In this document: in pieces, positions 28,123-42,196 of the stretch
Position numbering within the stretch: position 1 is the first letter of the stretch
Layout of the letters: every line of letters begins with the position of its first letter
Assembly (NCBI GenBank): GCA_951406725.2
Contig: OX597816.1
Location: forward strand, 150,412,001 to 150,476,000
Origin: Octopus vulgaris
Lineage: Eukaryota
Length of the DNA stretch: 64,000 nt
Direction: 5' to 3'
The notes under the pieces: model-generated
What the model saw: the letters and a program-made list of their open reading frames with translations, nothing else
The model's database searches: none
Told to the model about the DNA's origin: nothing
Program-made: the position numbers and the translations under genes

Positions 28123-28958
28123 GTGAAATTGTTTCAAATTTAGAAAAACTTTTATAGATTTTTTTCTAATGGTGCAAGAGGCCAGCAGAGAAAACTGTTT
28201 GAGCTATATACATTATCATGAATAATACTAGCATTTCAAATTAGGAGGAACATCTACTGAATTTATACTCAAACATGGATGACAATCACGTTGTAAATAC
28301 ATGTGCTATGTGCAATCATTTGTGAAACTTATTGTTGAACAGCCTATGAAGTTTCCATATGATTTTATAAAGAAAAATTGAAGTAAATTTTCCTGCAAAA
28401 TGTTTGCCTCATTTACTGATGAATGAACAGTAAGATAACTATATCAAGTAGAAGCTGCTTGATCATTTAATTGCTGGTGGAAAACTTGCTGAAAAATATT
28501 TTAACAAGTGACAAAACTTAGGTGTACAGTTATGATGTTAAATCAAAAAGTCAGTCATCACAGTGGTTTTAATCATCATCTCTGCAATCAAATAATACAC
28601 ATCAGAGTCACTCAAATATGACATATGGACAAGCAAAATTTCAATTCTACACCTCAACAATGCATCTGATCACATGGCATTCTTTATTAATTACATTTTG
28701 GCAAAATGTGAAATAATTCATGTCCCTAGCTGCTCTACACTCCAAATTTATTCCCTGCAGTCTCCCCCCACTTGTGTTTTTTCTTTTAAACCCATCCTGA
28801 AAAATCCTGAAGAATCAATGATTTCAGATGATGGAAGAGTTTCAACAAAATTCACAATGTGAACTGTATATTATCCAAGAAAACATGTTCCAAATTTGGA
28901 TAAGATTCTTGGAGGTGGTGTGTCAATAGTGGATACAACTAATTTCAAGAAAATAACT
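28123..28958 (+). mobile_element. Highly degenerate mariner (DD34D-type) transposase remnant
   Basis: Colinear fragments: CFKFRKTFIDFFLMVQEASRENCLS...FKLGGTSTE (N-terminal HTH); AKCLPHLLMNEQ (WVPHEL-like); LKNILTSDKT*VYSYDVKSKSQSSQW (first Asp motif); ILHLNNASDH (HDNA-like); YTPNLFPA (YSPDLAP-like); FQMMEEFQQNS..EL; WRWCVNSG. Confidence 0.8.
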
Positions 28959-31900
28959 TTAATTATAAGTAAAGCAATAAATTTGTCTATGTATTTATGT
29001 ACATACATACACAGACATGCACATATATACTCCTTATCAATGAAAAAAAAAATGAAATAAATATAAAAATTGCTGAACTACACAAATAAGTGTGTTTCTA
29101 TTGTTCATATTTTTGTAAAGTTGAAGCTCTAAAACTTAAAACCAAATTCAAATCAATATATTTTTACTATTATTTTTTTGGTTAAATTTATTTTTGAAAC
29201 ATAAAAAAATGTTAAAAATGAATAAAAATGTTTCATCTTTTCCTTAAAAAAAATAATAGATTTTGCATATGCCACCAATTCTAATTAACAATTAGGTACT
29301 GTAAATTTAGGAATATATATTTTGCTTAACAAATACTACATGCTGAACAAACAGTTAAATAGAAATAGTATAGTATTACAATAGCAATTACAAAACAAAG
29401 TGAAAGAAACAGTAGCAAAGCTGAAAGTTTCTCACCTAAATTGGCTTGCAACAAGATTCACTTTATGTATCAAAGGTAGTTTAAAGTTTCGGGTGTTGCC
29501 ATCATCTACTTTCATATTTTAATAACCCGCAGTAAAACCTCAAAGTCACTGTCAATTTTTTCCTTGTGAAAATATATTTTAATAATCCTCGATTTCTGGA
29601 ATTGCTGAGAATTCTATTGTTTCAATAACATACAATATTCTAAAATTAGAGTTAGAACCTAAATTTTAATTTCAGCTTGTTATGTGTAATTCTATTATCT
29701 CATTCATTTTCAGATGACAGATGGTGCTACAACTTAACAAGCATTTAAAATAGCATTTCTTCTTTGTACAAATTGAATATTATATTTTTAGACTCTTTTT
29801 TAAAAATGACATCATAAATGAATGAATATAAGTACCCTAGTATTGCAACATCCCATTGACTGGAATAAGTAAAAGATTAATTTATAGATTGTTTTTACTC
29901 TCCTTTCAGTGGTATAGTATCAAGACAATTTCACAGATTTAGTTCAAGGCTTAACACCAAATTCTGATACCTTGGTGGTGGCAGTTGCAGCAGTGGCTGT
30001 GGCTACTCCTGCACTTTTAATGCATTCAAAGACAGTTTGTAAATATACTTGTTACTCTACTGTCCAACTCTATTTAGTTGTGAAGAAACAAACATGTAAA
30101 TCTACAGCAAATTTGTTGTCTTGCCAAATGATTGGTTCTTATTATATTTTACTATTTTTTGTACACCTAGTTGAGGTGTTGCCGCATTGGTTGAAGCAAT
30201 TACTGAATGATAACTCTACTGCCAACTCTATATAAAATTTTAACTCTAAATGGTATAGCCTATCTAACTATAAATATGTGCTATTGCAGAGTAAAAATGA
30301 TTTGGCAGTTTCAGAATCATGAGAATGCTGGCCTCCTGATCAGTTATCAGTTTCTAAATAATTCTAAACAAGGATAGCTCAGTCTACTTAGCTGTAAATA
30401 GTTGCTATGTGAAAGCACAGTCCATCACTGCAAGCTAAAAAAGTAGTGTATAAACTGATTAGCATTTCTGTAGCTTATAGTAGTGCCCTGCTTTGGAACA
30501 TACAACCATTGTTATTAATGCTACAGGTGAATGTTGTAGAACACAAATAAGATATGTATAAACTGTCATAGCAGGTTTTGGCTTCCATTTGGAGTTATTT
30601 TTCATCATTTATGTCACAAATTCCCCCTGTTGGGGCTTCAGAATTGAAACTCGCCTCTTAGTTTTGTTCATCAGCATCTTCTATATTTTCTTACTTACTC
30701 ATAGAAGCCCCTACCTACTCTCAGTTGTTTATGTCATCATATGAATTTATGTTCAGAATCAGAAGAATCCCAAGAAATATACTAAAGACAACAAAAACAC
30801 GAGAAAAGAGATAATGATATTTCAGACTATTAATCACATCTTCAGAAATGGTTACATCTATTCTATGTCTTGATCAATTTGATTTCAACTTGGGAGTTTT
30901 ATTCCTAATTTAAGGGTAACAACATTTTTATCCATTAGGACACTTACACTGAAAAATGTATTCATATTAATATATTCACCTCAGACATTGAGAGAATTAA
31001 GGAGGAAAAGGTTCTTATAAAACTCAAACTCACTGTTATGGTGTCTTTAAATTCAACACTCAACATCTATTTGTAATTTTTTGAACTCATCAACCATAGT
31101 GCTTTTTGTGGTAGTCATTTTATTGACATTGAGATGGATAAAACAGAACATAGAAAATGAAACTAAACAGTAAGACATTTTGTCCACTGCTCTTGCAAAT
31201 ATACTGCACAGAATTCATTAAGTGCATTACCAAACAATTTCATTTTTTTCTTTTCTTTGAAAACTTTGCTTTGAGAGAAACAAGCCATGAGCAAAACCTG
31301 GATAAAATAGCAATGGTAGTAGGTAGTATTTTTAAAGATTTATTAATGGACTTCTGCTATGAGATGGACAATAATGTAGTTGGGGGTGTAGAAGATGATG
31401 TGGTTAATGTATGTGATGAGCTGGTGGTGGATAATGTTGAAAAATTTCACTTGAATGTAATCAATAGAAAAAATTAATTCCATTCTTAATTTTAATAGCA
31501 CTAACATCTTTATGCTTAATTTCACAATAACCATTTAACTCTTCAGTTTGTAATTGTATAGGAGGGAGGTGGTTTTATATCTGTGTATATGTATTTGCAT
31601 GTCATCTCTGTAACTGTTGTTGTTACAGTTGTTGTACCCTTGGCTTCATTGAGCAGACCTGTGATCAAAAGTGTTCCAACCATGACCAGTGAATCTTTTT
31701 GTATATCTACAGTATTGTCTGTGTCCTTTCTATTTTAAATGGTTTGATTTGAAGGAATTTGGTTACTGTTTTCCATAGTTTATTGATCTACTGGATATTG
31801 TTATAGTTGCTGATTATAATGTTGCTTTTGAGATTGTTGCCAGTGTTGTTGTTATTCTATTATTTTTATTATATTATCCAATGTTTCCGTCATTTTTTTT

Positions 31901-32394
31901 AAGGTTGTGGAAGTGTGACTTTGAAGAGATTTGGTTACTGTTTCTAGTAGATCAAAAGACCACATGCAGGTTTCCTCATTTATAATGATGTTGTTTCACT
32001 TTAGATGAGCTCTGAAACTAGACATAAAATCAAATACAATCCAATTATGACTATCTCATCTTTATTTTGAACACTTTGGCTAGGACTATGTCATTCAGTA
32101 TGTCCTCCTATTTTTAAGATGGCTAAGTAAAGACAGGAAATTTGACTGCTTTTTCTAGCAAAGTGAGTGGCTGGATAGATGCTTCCTTGTTAGCTCATTC
32201 ATTTTATGTTGTTATTACTGGTTCTGTTGTTGTTGTTGAAAGTAGTGGTATAATTATTACAGAAGTATGGCATACTAAACATTTTTATAAGGCAACATCT
32301 AACATTTTATCAAAGAAATCAAGGCAACTATTCCTTCAAAGACAAGACAACCATAACCAAAAGTATAATGAAATTGTATCAACTAAGGGTAAAA

Positions 32395-33517
32395 CTCTTT
32401 ACCTTCTTCCACATCTGGAATCAGTTCCTGGTATTGGTCTCCTATTTCCTCAAATAGTTGTTTTCTATTTGATTGGCCTTTAATACTGTCACCTTTTGTG
32501 TCAATTATTCATCTACTGTTTGATTTTTCCCCTTTCATCTAACCTGCACTGTTCATTCAACTTTCTGATTACTGCTTTATTCTTCAGCTCTCTTCTCATT
32601 ATCCTATTCAATTGCCCCAGTTCTTTCCATGTCTTTTCCAGCTTCATTCATATTCTCTTGCTCTAATTTGTTTCTTTCTTTTCATTTGCTTTTATATCTG
32701 CAGTTTTTCGCTTGTAACCTATGTTAGCTACAACATTAGCAGCAGCTATGATTAACTGATTTGTTTCACTGAGGTTTTCTGTTTTAATCAAGCTTAAAAC
32801 ATCATTTACTTTGCTTGTGGCTCTCCTCACTTTTTTTCTGTTGATATATCTTATATTTGGTGGCACTTCATTGTTCCCATTAGACATTTTACCTTGCAGC
32901 TTTTTTAAAATCTCCTTCTCATCATCATTCAAGCCTTGTGCAGTACTTACTGTCACTTGTCCATCTAGATCATCTTCATTAGTTTATCAGTTTTCTGAGG
33001 TCCTCTGTGGTTTCCATCTGTTTCATCTCTTCATCTCTTACCCCTTAATTACTGCTTTCTGCTACTACTGTTTCACTCTCCTTCTCTTTTTTTATTATGT
33101 TTCGCTGAATATCTTCAGTCTCTACTCCTGTAATCCAGTTGTTCCTACAGATTGCTCTTGCTAGGTTATGAGTCGTTGGGTAGATACTTCAAAACCTCTT
33201 TTTGCATCCCATATTCTCTTCATTCGGTTCATGAAGCCTTTTTTTTTTATTTGGCTTCTCAGCCAGCATTCTACTAATATTTTGTTTTCATCTCTTTCCC
33301 ATTTCATTCTTTTTCTTTTGCACTTTTGACTGCAATTTGGGTCCTGATCAACTGCTTGGTGATGGCCTGCTGGAACTTGATCAGATACTCCCTGCCTGCC
33401 TTGTGCAACACCTTCCCTGTTAACAGTTCCACTCCTGTTAGTGCAGTTGTGGTTATTATTTAATTTTGACAACACTCATTTAAAGGTAACATTTGTAAGG
33501 TTGTGCAATCACCATTA
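32395..33517 (-). mobile_element. 5' remnant of an R4/Dong-like non-LTR retrotransposon
   Basis: ORF pieces 33161..33475 (KRMKWERDENKILVECWLRS...GFMNRMKRIW...FEVSTQRL) and 32663..32956 (KVNDVLSLIKTENLSETNQLIIAAANVVA), plus NRKQLFEEI...IPDVEEGKR near 32400. These resemble the N-terminal region of R4-clade ORFs. No RT domain is retained. Confidence 0.7.
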
Positions 33518-33723
33518 CTCTACTCTTTTACTTGTTTCAGTCATTTGACTGCAGTCATGCTGGAGCACCACCTTTAGTCGAGCAAATCGACCCCGGGACT
33601 TATTCTTTGTAAGTCCATTGCATATTCTATCGGTCTCTTTTGCCGAACCGCTAAGTGACGGGGACGTAAACACACCAGCATCGGTTGTCAAGCAATGCTA
33701 GGGGAACAAACACAGACACACAA

Positions 33724-33772
<49 letters not shown>

Positions 33773-33937
33773 TATGACAGGCTTCTTTCAGTTTCCGTCT
33801 ACCAAATCCACTCACAAGGCATTGGTCGGCCCGGGGCTATAGCAGAAGACACTTGCCCAAGATGCTACGCAGTGGGACTGAACCCGGAACCATGTGGTTG
33901 ATAAGCAAGCTACTTACCACACAGCCACTCCTGCGCC
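33518..33937 (-). mobile_element. tRNA-derived SINE family A, full length, CpG-rich (young)
   Basis: Reverse-complement homolog of 1914-2306 from the GGCGCAGGAGTGGCTGTGTGG head to the GAAACAAGTAAAAGAGTA tail. (CC)ATTA occurs on both sides as a possible TSD. Confidence 0.92.
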
Positions 33938-33944
33938 ATTATTA

Positions 33945-33986
<42 letters not shown>

Positions 33987-36900
33987 AAGATAATAATAAT
34001 AATAATAATAATAATACATTGTTTCTAAAGATAGTAGACATAACAAGTTTCCAGTAAGGTTAATCTGCAATACAGTTTCAGACATCAGTTTTTCTCTTAC
34101 ATTTAAATTTTCATGCTTGCATGGTTGGTATTTTGTTGGAGCAATTATTTTTAGTACTGGATGCTCAGCCATTAAAAGAGAAACCTGTTCTTCACCACTC
34201 AAGAAAACTGGAGTAAAACTATTGACTACAGTGCTCATCAATGCCAGGTCTACAGCATCCCTCAATTAATGGCACAATAAAATTGCTATATAAAGATTTG
34301 AACTTTTGATCATGGAGTCAATTACGCTACACTTCAAACTCATAGTTATTGCAGTTTACAAAACAATTAACTTCACTAATGCTATATGCCTGTGGTTCTC
34401 ATTTCTGTCCTATACACAACACCAAAACAAAGACCCCCATAAGGAATGTAGATACAGGATATTTTCAATTTCACATTATGTGAACTGGAAGAAATTACAC
34501 TTCACTCCTTTCAATATCAATCCATATGAGACAGCTTCTGGCTTTTTATGATGCATAATTTCTCATTTAAAATAATATTTAGTTAAAAACCTATCATAAT
34601 TTTATATTATCATCTGAGTTAGAATCAAACTAGATTTCTTCCAGAAAAGTTTCAAATGCAGGAGCAGCCACTTTTGTTCTGTAAAAAAAAATCCAAAAAA
34701 CTAAGTTCGATTTCAAAGCTTGATTGCTTCGTGGTTAGTATATAAACCAAGAAAATAGCGACAGAAACTGGAAGTTTAGCCTCATTCTGTTTACACCTTT
34801 AACTACCAGGAATAAAGGTAGTAAGGTGTTTTATTTTAAGGACCTTCAAGACGACAAAATACTCCTGCTGCTACAAGGGAGAAAACTCGTGTGTGACAAC
34901 AGCATGTAGTAGGTTAAGAAGATTTTGTTATGTCCAGAACACCAGTTAAATAATGACAAATTTATTATTTTACTAAATCTTTCCAAATTCTTGATTGTTT
35001 TCAAAATTAAATTAAATATAGAGAGTGTATTTCATTGAAATAATGTCACTAAAGAGCTAACAATGTCTTTACTTTCTATTTAATTATATTTTTGTATAAT
35101 GTCAACTTAAAAGTTTCAAAATTAAGCTAACATCATATAAAGTCATTCTACTAGAAAACAATAATAGACTTTCTTCTCACCAATGTTTTACTTAAATACT
35201 TACTTTATATTTTTTTGTAATTTTAATCTTATTCAATTTAGACAGTTAAAAATCGCATAAACTTTTAAGAAAATGAAATAATGTAGAACTGTTTTTATAT
35301 GTAAAAAAAATGTTATGCCTGTCTTTAACAGGAATTAACTATACAATAAGATGCCATCATTGTCTAAATCAAGATAACCCTTGTTCTCTGTAAGCAAGAA
35401 TGGTTAGTCGTATGTCAGTAAAGGCACATTGCCCTGACTCAATGGAAAGGGTGACCAGCTTGAGTATGAGTTCTATAATGACATTCCATAACCTTCATGA
35501 AACAGAACCTGAACTCAGTTTTGCAAGCTAACAAAAGACTTGTTAGTTATATGTTGACCCTTCCTGTTACTGTACCTACCATGGTAGCTATTTACAGCTA
35601 GCTTAGACGAGCTGAACCAGGGTGAATTGAGTCTTAAAATCAGTTACAGGTTTATTAACTGTTCTACTTGTGACAGTAGACAACATAAAGTAATATATTA
35701 ATGATTAATTGAATCAAATGATTTAGAAGATGTCTCAGATAAGTCAAAATGTATCAGTATGTAAGTGTGAATAGATCTTTAATCCTATCCCATAAGTCAT
35801 ATCATTTACAAGTCGAGCTTCATAATTGGTACGTGTTAAATGTAATGTTACATAAATGCTCATGCATTGACTTGAAGTGACTTCAGATATGCTATTGTAC
35901 ATACAGCCTATTCTGTATACAAGCCAAGCAATGAATACTATTCTATAATGAGACCCTGCAAGAAAATACACAAGTCTTCTCATTGCTTAAAGAATATTTT
36001 CAGATCAGATTACCATCATTTCTTCTGTGTGTCTATTCCTTAAGGAGTAGAGACTGTAGTGTAAGCAGTCATCCACGACAGCTGGCTGCTGCTTGGTGCT
36101 TGGCACTGTTAAATCTTAATGCCAACAGAATGTAACAAAACTGAAGATAGTGGAAATATGAATATCTTTGGCTAGGAATGGTTGCTTGGTGGTGAGTTAT
36201 TTCAGGCACTATATACAAGAGAATGTTCATAGGTAATAAGTAGTACTTCGAGGGAAAAAGTACAACCACTAAAAGATTTTATTTCAAGTCATTTTTTTAA
36301 GCAATTTCGCTGAGTATTTATAGAAATTGTTAAATACTTTAGTGATCAAGCCAGAAATATTGAATTATGTGAAAGTATTGAAAGGGTTGGCAATTAAACC
36401 AAGATCAGCAGACTGTTATTATCACACCCATGATACACAAGAAATGGAATATTTCATGGGTTAAGGAAAATGAGATTTTATGATATTCATGCCTTTTGTG
36501 AGACCATCAAAGGTTATAAATGCAGTTCCAATAAAGAATTGAAAGAAAGCTATATATAAAGTTTTGTCAACCATTTACTACCAGTTGAAACTGGCAGTAA
36601 GTAATTATTTATATCAATGAATATTGTTAATCTGAAAAGAGTAATACTGGATTGCTGTAGAGTTTAAACTCTGCTACTGGTATTGTGTTGTGTTCTTCAG
36701 CTAAGTATTTTGCTTTGCCAGTCCCAGTTTGCTTTATTGGAGGTACTGCAAACTCATCGTAATATATAATAACCATTCTAATTTTGTTGGTTGAGTGATT
36801 AGTATTTGCAAATGCATCCATCTGTAAAATCACTTATTTCAGCATCTTCTAACCTATGTCAGCTTAGAAAATAGTAATATAAAGATGATCTACAAAAGAA

Positions 36901-39900
36901 ATATAAAAAAAAATAAAAGGAAAAAGAAAATACAAAATAATGTTTGCCAAACTGTTTTCCCTGAAATGCAAACACATTGTGTTCAATGGGAGAGTTTGCC
37001 ATAAAACTGTAAAGATATTACTTACACTTAGCTATCTTTAGCTTTTGATGTAAGATGTCATGGATAGATGGGTAAGGTTGAGACTGAGTTATACAAATAC
37101 ACACACACACACACACAAACACAGGTGCATACACATACACACACACACAAAAACACAGGTGCATACACATACACACACAAACAGGCACACACACACAAAC
37201 ACAGACCCACAAAAATACACACGTACAAATATAGCTACACAAACATATACATACACATTCACAAGCATGCACACATACATAGTCGCACATACAACATTTA
37301 CTCACATACGCACTCACACATACATAGGGATTTATTCTACAAGCAATGCCTACAAATTACTGAGAACTGGGGAGTTGCGATGGGGTGACTATGGATAAGC
37401 CTTATCCTGACTAGAGAAGAGGAGCTTTATATTGCATCACTATTATGACACTAAATGTTCTGGTCAGAGAACATTTTACCTCACTTATCTGACAGTAGAA
37501 CAAGTAAGAAAAGAATAAATATCTTAAAAAGTTCAATATAAAATTACAGTGCTGAGGTCAAATTATCTTCAGCAAAAATAAAAGTATGATTTTAGGTCAA
37601 TAGTATCTGCATCTACTTTTTTATAATGAGGAGTCAAGAAATTGGATACTCTTTGTGGAGTTCTTGAACAGAAATAGATTTATGTTTAAGGGCATTGATT
37701 CCAAGGCAAAGTTTATTTCTTATACAACTTTGCTGTTCATCACTAGGAAAAGTCAGAAAAAAAATACAATTCAATTATTTAATTGGTTCTTTATGAGGGT
37801 GTAGAATAGCAACCTGGAATCTTTATTGTAAACAACTTGGTAATTTCACTATTCTCAATTCTAACTCTGTCAGAGTACATGACTCAATATTTTCTGGATT
37901 TAATCCCCTAAATTTATAGAATATAGTTAAGTCTATGAACTGGAATGTGTGATGAAAAGTAATGGGAAATCTTAATATTGTATATAAAATGTCAAATTGT
38001 GAAACATTACATTTGGACCAAACAAGTAGGTATTTTATTTTCATTTTTTTTTTTATGAGAAGTATATTGTGAAAATGCAAATTTATCACTCAATACCAAA
38101 TGGTTCTTAAGAGCTAGGAATTATCTTCTTCTGGATAGGATGTCAAAATATTTCAAGTAACGTTCTCAAATTATCTGGAACCTAGTCTTGACAGCTAAGT
38201 GAACTGAATTAATGTAGAATATTTACTACTTGTAAATTTACTACTTGTAAACAATGACATTTTTGCAGTTGAATGCAGAGCTGGAAGTTCAATACCAACT
38301 ACATTCACCCAACTATTTCTAGAACTTAATACATTGCTGATACCTATTTAACTTAGATTAAATCACCCGTGGTTGAGTTTTATCTCTAACACTCTTAAGC
38401 ATATATCTTTCAGCATTACTTCTTTATTAATATCTTTAAGTGTTGTTGAAATGAAACATGAGAAATCATCCCTAGATTCCTTACAGTGTCTAGTTTTCTT
38501 CTTTATATTTCTCAATTCAAATTTTCTCAAGCATTAACTTTGCATTTCATCCTTCTATGGCTGATAGAATGTGCCAGTAATGCTTGTTTCAAAATGGGTC
38601 TTGGAATCCAACTATGTGACTGACTGAACACTGTCTTGCCTATTCTGCCCATCCCTATAAAAAGGAAGTTGAACTTAATAAATTCATATTATTGCTAATG
38701 CAGTATAGGTTAGAAGATGATGAAATAAGTGATTTTACAGATGAATGTGTTTATAAATACTAATCTCTCAACCATGGCATAGAGGGTGAGATGGTGACTC
38801 AGGAAAATTACCCAAATAGAGGTCTTGCAAGCCATGTTTTGCATTCAGCAATCAAAAAGATAAATAGTACAACCCGTAGTATGAAACCTGACTGGTTGGG
38901 ATTGGTTGTTCAGTCACATTGAAGGTTGATTGATTGTGACTTACCTTTATGTTTATAGAGGCAAACACAAACATTGTGATGCTCATTCTTTTCCTAGAAG
39001 TGTTATTAACATAATAGCAAGCGTATCAGAAATCAAAATCAGTTTGTGAATAAGGAGTTTACTTTTACCCTGAAGTGCTTCTTACCCTGTATACTCATAG
39101 TCTGATAAAGCAAGTCATTTTGACTGATCTCTTCAAAATTTTACCTCTTATCATTCTTACCACTTGATTATGTTAAGAATGCCAAAATATATCAGTTTTA
39201 ACATCAAAACCAATTCGTAGTATCTAATTTGATCAGTGGTAAGTATTCTTTAATGTCATTGATAATACTGTCATCCAACAATACATGGTCCATGTTCCAT
39301 CACTATAAGCACCAATTGGAGGTAGATAGAGGAACAGTGTTATTTTTCAGTCTCAAATTGGTGCTTGTAGTGTCTAATATGAATTTCAATAAAGTTTAGC
39401 AGCTAATTCATAACACTATAACTTTTCTTACCTTCCCTAAAGGTATGAAAGATGTAACTAAACGGAAATCAGAACTGGGTCATAAATATGATACACCATG
39501 AGCTTGCTTCTTATTCTGCTGCACTTGCCACTCTAATAATAACTATATGAATGTAATCATATCAACTCTTGTTAATTAATGTTCCATGAAATGGAATAAG
39601 ATACTATTCTAGATTTCATGCCACCTCTTTCAACATCTCAACTGCTATTTTTAGATAATTAATGATACTTTATTTTAATGTTTTTCTTGTTCCAATTTCT
39701 TGCCTGTAATTCAGTAGACAATCAATATTTAAATTATATATTTAAGTGTGTGGTTATTAAATACTGGTGAAAATATATATATATATATATATATATTATC
39801 ATTATCACTGTCATCTCATCATCATCATTTTATATGTTTGCTTTCTTGGCTGGCAAGGGTTGGATGGTTAGACAGGATCCAATGAGTCAGAAGACCATTT

Positions 39901-40436
39901 CTTGCTCCAGTACCTCATTTTTTAGCATGGTTTCTATGACTGAACACTCTAACACCAACCTCATTACAAAATGTATCAAGTGCTTTTTTTTTTGTGTGTG
40001 TGGTATTAGTACTAGCGAGGCTATCTTGTAACTCACATGACAAAATCCACCCCACTATCCTTGCTTGACAAGATTCATGGCTATTTTATATAGGTGGTAG
40101 GGGATGGCTGGAGGGTTATCACAAAGATGGATAAATATGGTAGCAATGAGATGTTAGAACATAATCTCAACGTGATATGTCCAAAAAGGTGAACAGAAAA
40201 ATCATGTAGCTGTGAGAATCAGCCCGAGAGGAGAGTGAGAGATAGATATAAGTATAGGATGGAGATGTCCAGATGTATATAGGAGATGAATGTAGTGAAT
40301 AGTGAAAGAAATGATTGATGGTAAATATGAGTGGGAGGATAGTGACAAGACACCCTCTTTACCCTCCCACCCTTGATACCACAAAGTACTCAAGATGTGA
40401 CTGTTAGAAGGAGAAAAAGGGAGAGAGAGCTGTGAA

Positions 40437-40565
40437 CATAACCTTTTTTTTTTCAAGCATGGAGTATCTGAGACTACATTATTCAATGTGTCCTCTTTAG
40501 CATAACCTTTTTGTTTTTTCAAGCATGGAGTATCTGGGACTACATTATTCAATATTTCCTCTTTA
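40437..40565. repeat. Local tandem duplication, two ~64-bp units
   Basis: CATAACCTTTT...TTCAAGCATGGAGTATCTG(A/G)GACTACATTATTCAAT...TCCTCTTTA at 40437-40500 and 40501-40565. Confidence 0.9.
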
Positions 40566-42151
40566 TAACTGAAGAAAGGTGTTTGAGGAAAATTTGATTG
40601 CTCCTTCTAGTCAATAGCAGGGCTGGTTCCTATTTTTAGTCATGTTCGTGGATAACAGAAGGGTTTATTAAATTAATGCTTGCAATATAGCTTGAACATA
40701 AGGCTTTGTGTACAGTAGCCGAACTTTTTAACCAGTGAAACTTGGAACCCCAAACTATGAGAGATAAAGTAAGAATGTTAATGTGTTAATAAGTTATTAT
40801 GATAACAGTATATAAAAGCTATTGAGAGGCTGGCTTGCTAAGATGGTGCAATGACTAGAGATAAATCCAATCTATGTAAGCAATGCAACCAATAGGTGCA
40901 CAAGATATTGTGGTGTAAGTTGGCATTCTTACAACAGTCATACAGTCGCACTCTCAAATCTGATCTTGTGGGTAGTGTAGTTGTTGAATATTTATTTAAA
41001 GCAGCAGTAAAACAGTCATTTTTTTCAAGAATTGCATTGGTGGAAGCCATAAATATAAATTCAAAAAAACAGGTTCCCTATCTTAAACTGAGATCATCTG
41101 TATAGGTAAACATTAATCAAAGAAGTTGGCTACTACTTGAAGATCAACTTAATTCAATAATTGTACATCTACTTCTAAATATTACAGCTAATGTTATCCT
41201 AATTTTGATACTTCCTGCATTAGATGTTATTAAAAGCAAAATGACACCAGTTTTCAGTTCATATAAAAATATTACATTATTTTCTTTGAGGCAACAAAGG
41301 AATGTCTACATTGCTCTGTAGAAACAGCAACCAAATCTCCCTCATATCACATTCTGCTGTCTTAGCACATAATGCCTTTAAAAGGAAATATGGTATGGCC
41401 ATAGCTGTAATGTCTTTGATCATCGGTCTATTGAGTCAAAGCTGACTTGGAGCTAAATAACAATGACTACTACATTTTCTTCTCTGTTTTACATATCTAT
41501 TGCACTGATGGACATACTAAAGCAACTGACAAATATCAATTTTTTCCCTCTTTCTTCACTTTGACAGAATTTTTAGAGTATTGGACAAAATGCCAGCAAA
41601 ATGACTCCCTACGTTCAGAGTTCAAATCCTACCAAAGTCAAATTTGCCTTTCTTTTTTTCGGGGATTAATACAATAGAATACTATTTTAATATTCCTTAA
41701 AAGTATCCTACATATGAATGGAATTATAACAGAAGACTAAGACTAAAATTTATTCACAAAATATCATAAACTTGTCACCTTAGCATCATTCACAAAATTA
41801 TCATTCATATTTTAGTTCTTGAACCAACCTTTTTCATTCATTGATTTCTGACATTCTTCTCATAGCACATCTCAATAACTGAATTGGAGGCATTCCAAAT
41901 TTCTCTTCATATTTTGTCTTTTTCTTTTTCTGGGATTCTTAGATAACACTTGCTTGAAGAATTTCAACAGGTCTTGGCTTTTGCCAACGTTTTCATGGAA
42001 GCTGATTAGGTTTTAAAGTTGGGGATTTATGTTAGTTGCTAAATTAGCTAATCAATATTTTCTGTGCTTCCATTGCATCATATAATCTCGTCTAACATAT
42101 TCATATATTTTAGTTTCAACATGGTTTTTATATGTCATATATTTATAAATG

Positions 42152-42189
<38 letters not shown>

Positions 42190-42196
<7 letters not shown>

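Noticed and set aside
29950-31534. Possible decayed coding or transposon region (ORFs 29972, 31157, 31343; acidic stretch on the minus strand)
   Set aside because: I could not recognise any motif, splice pattern or terminal repeat. It needs a translated search.
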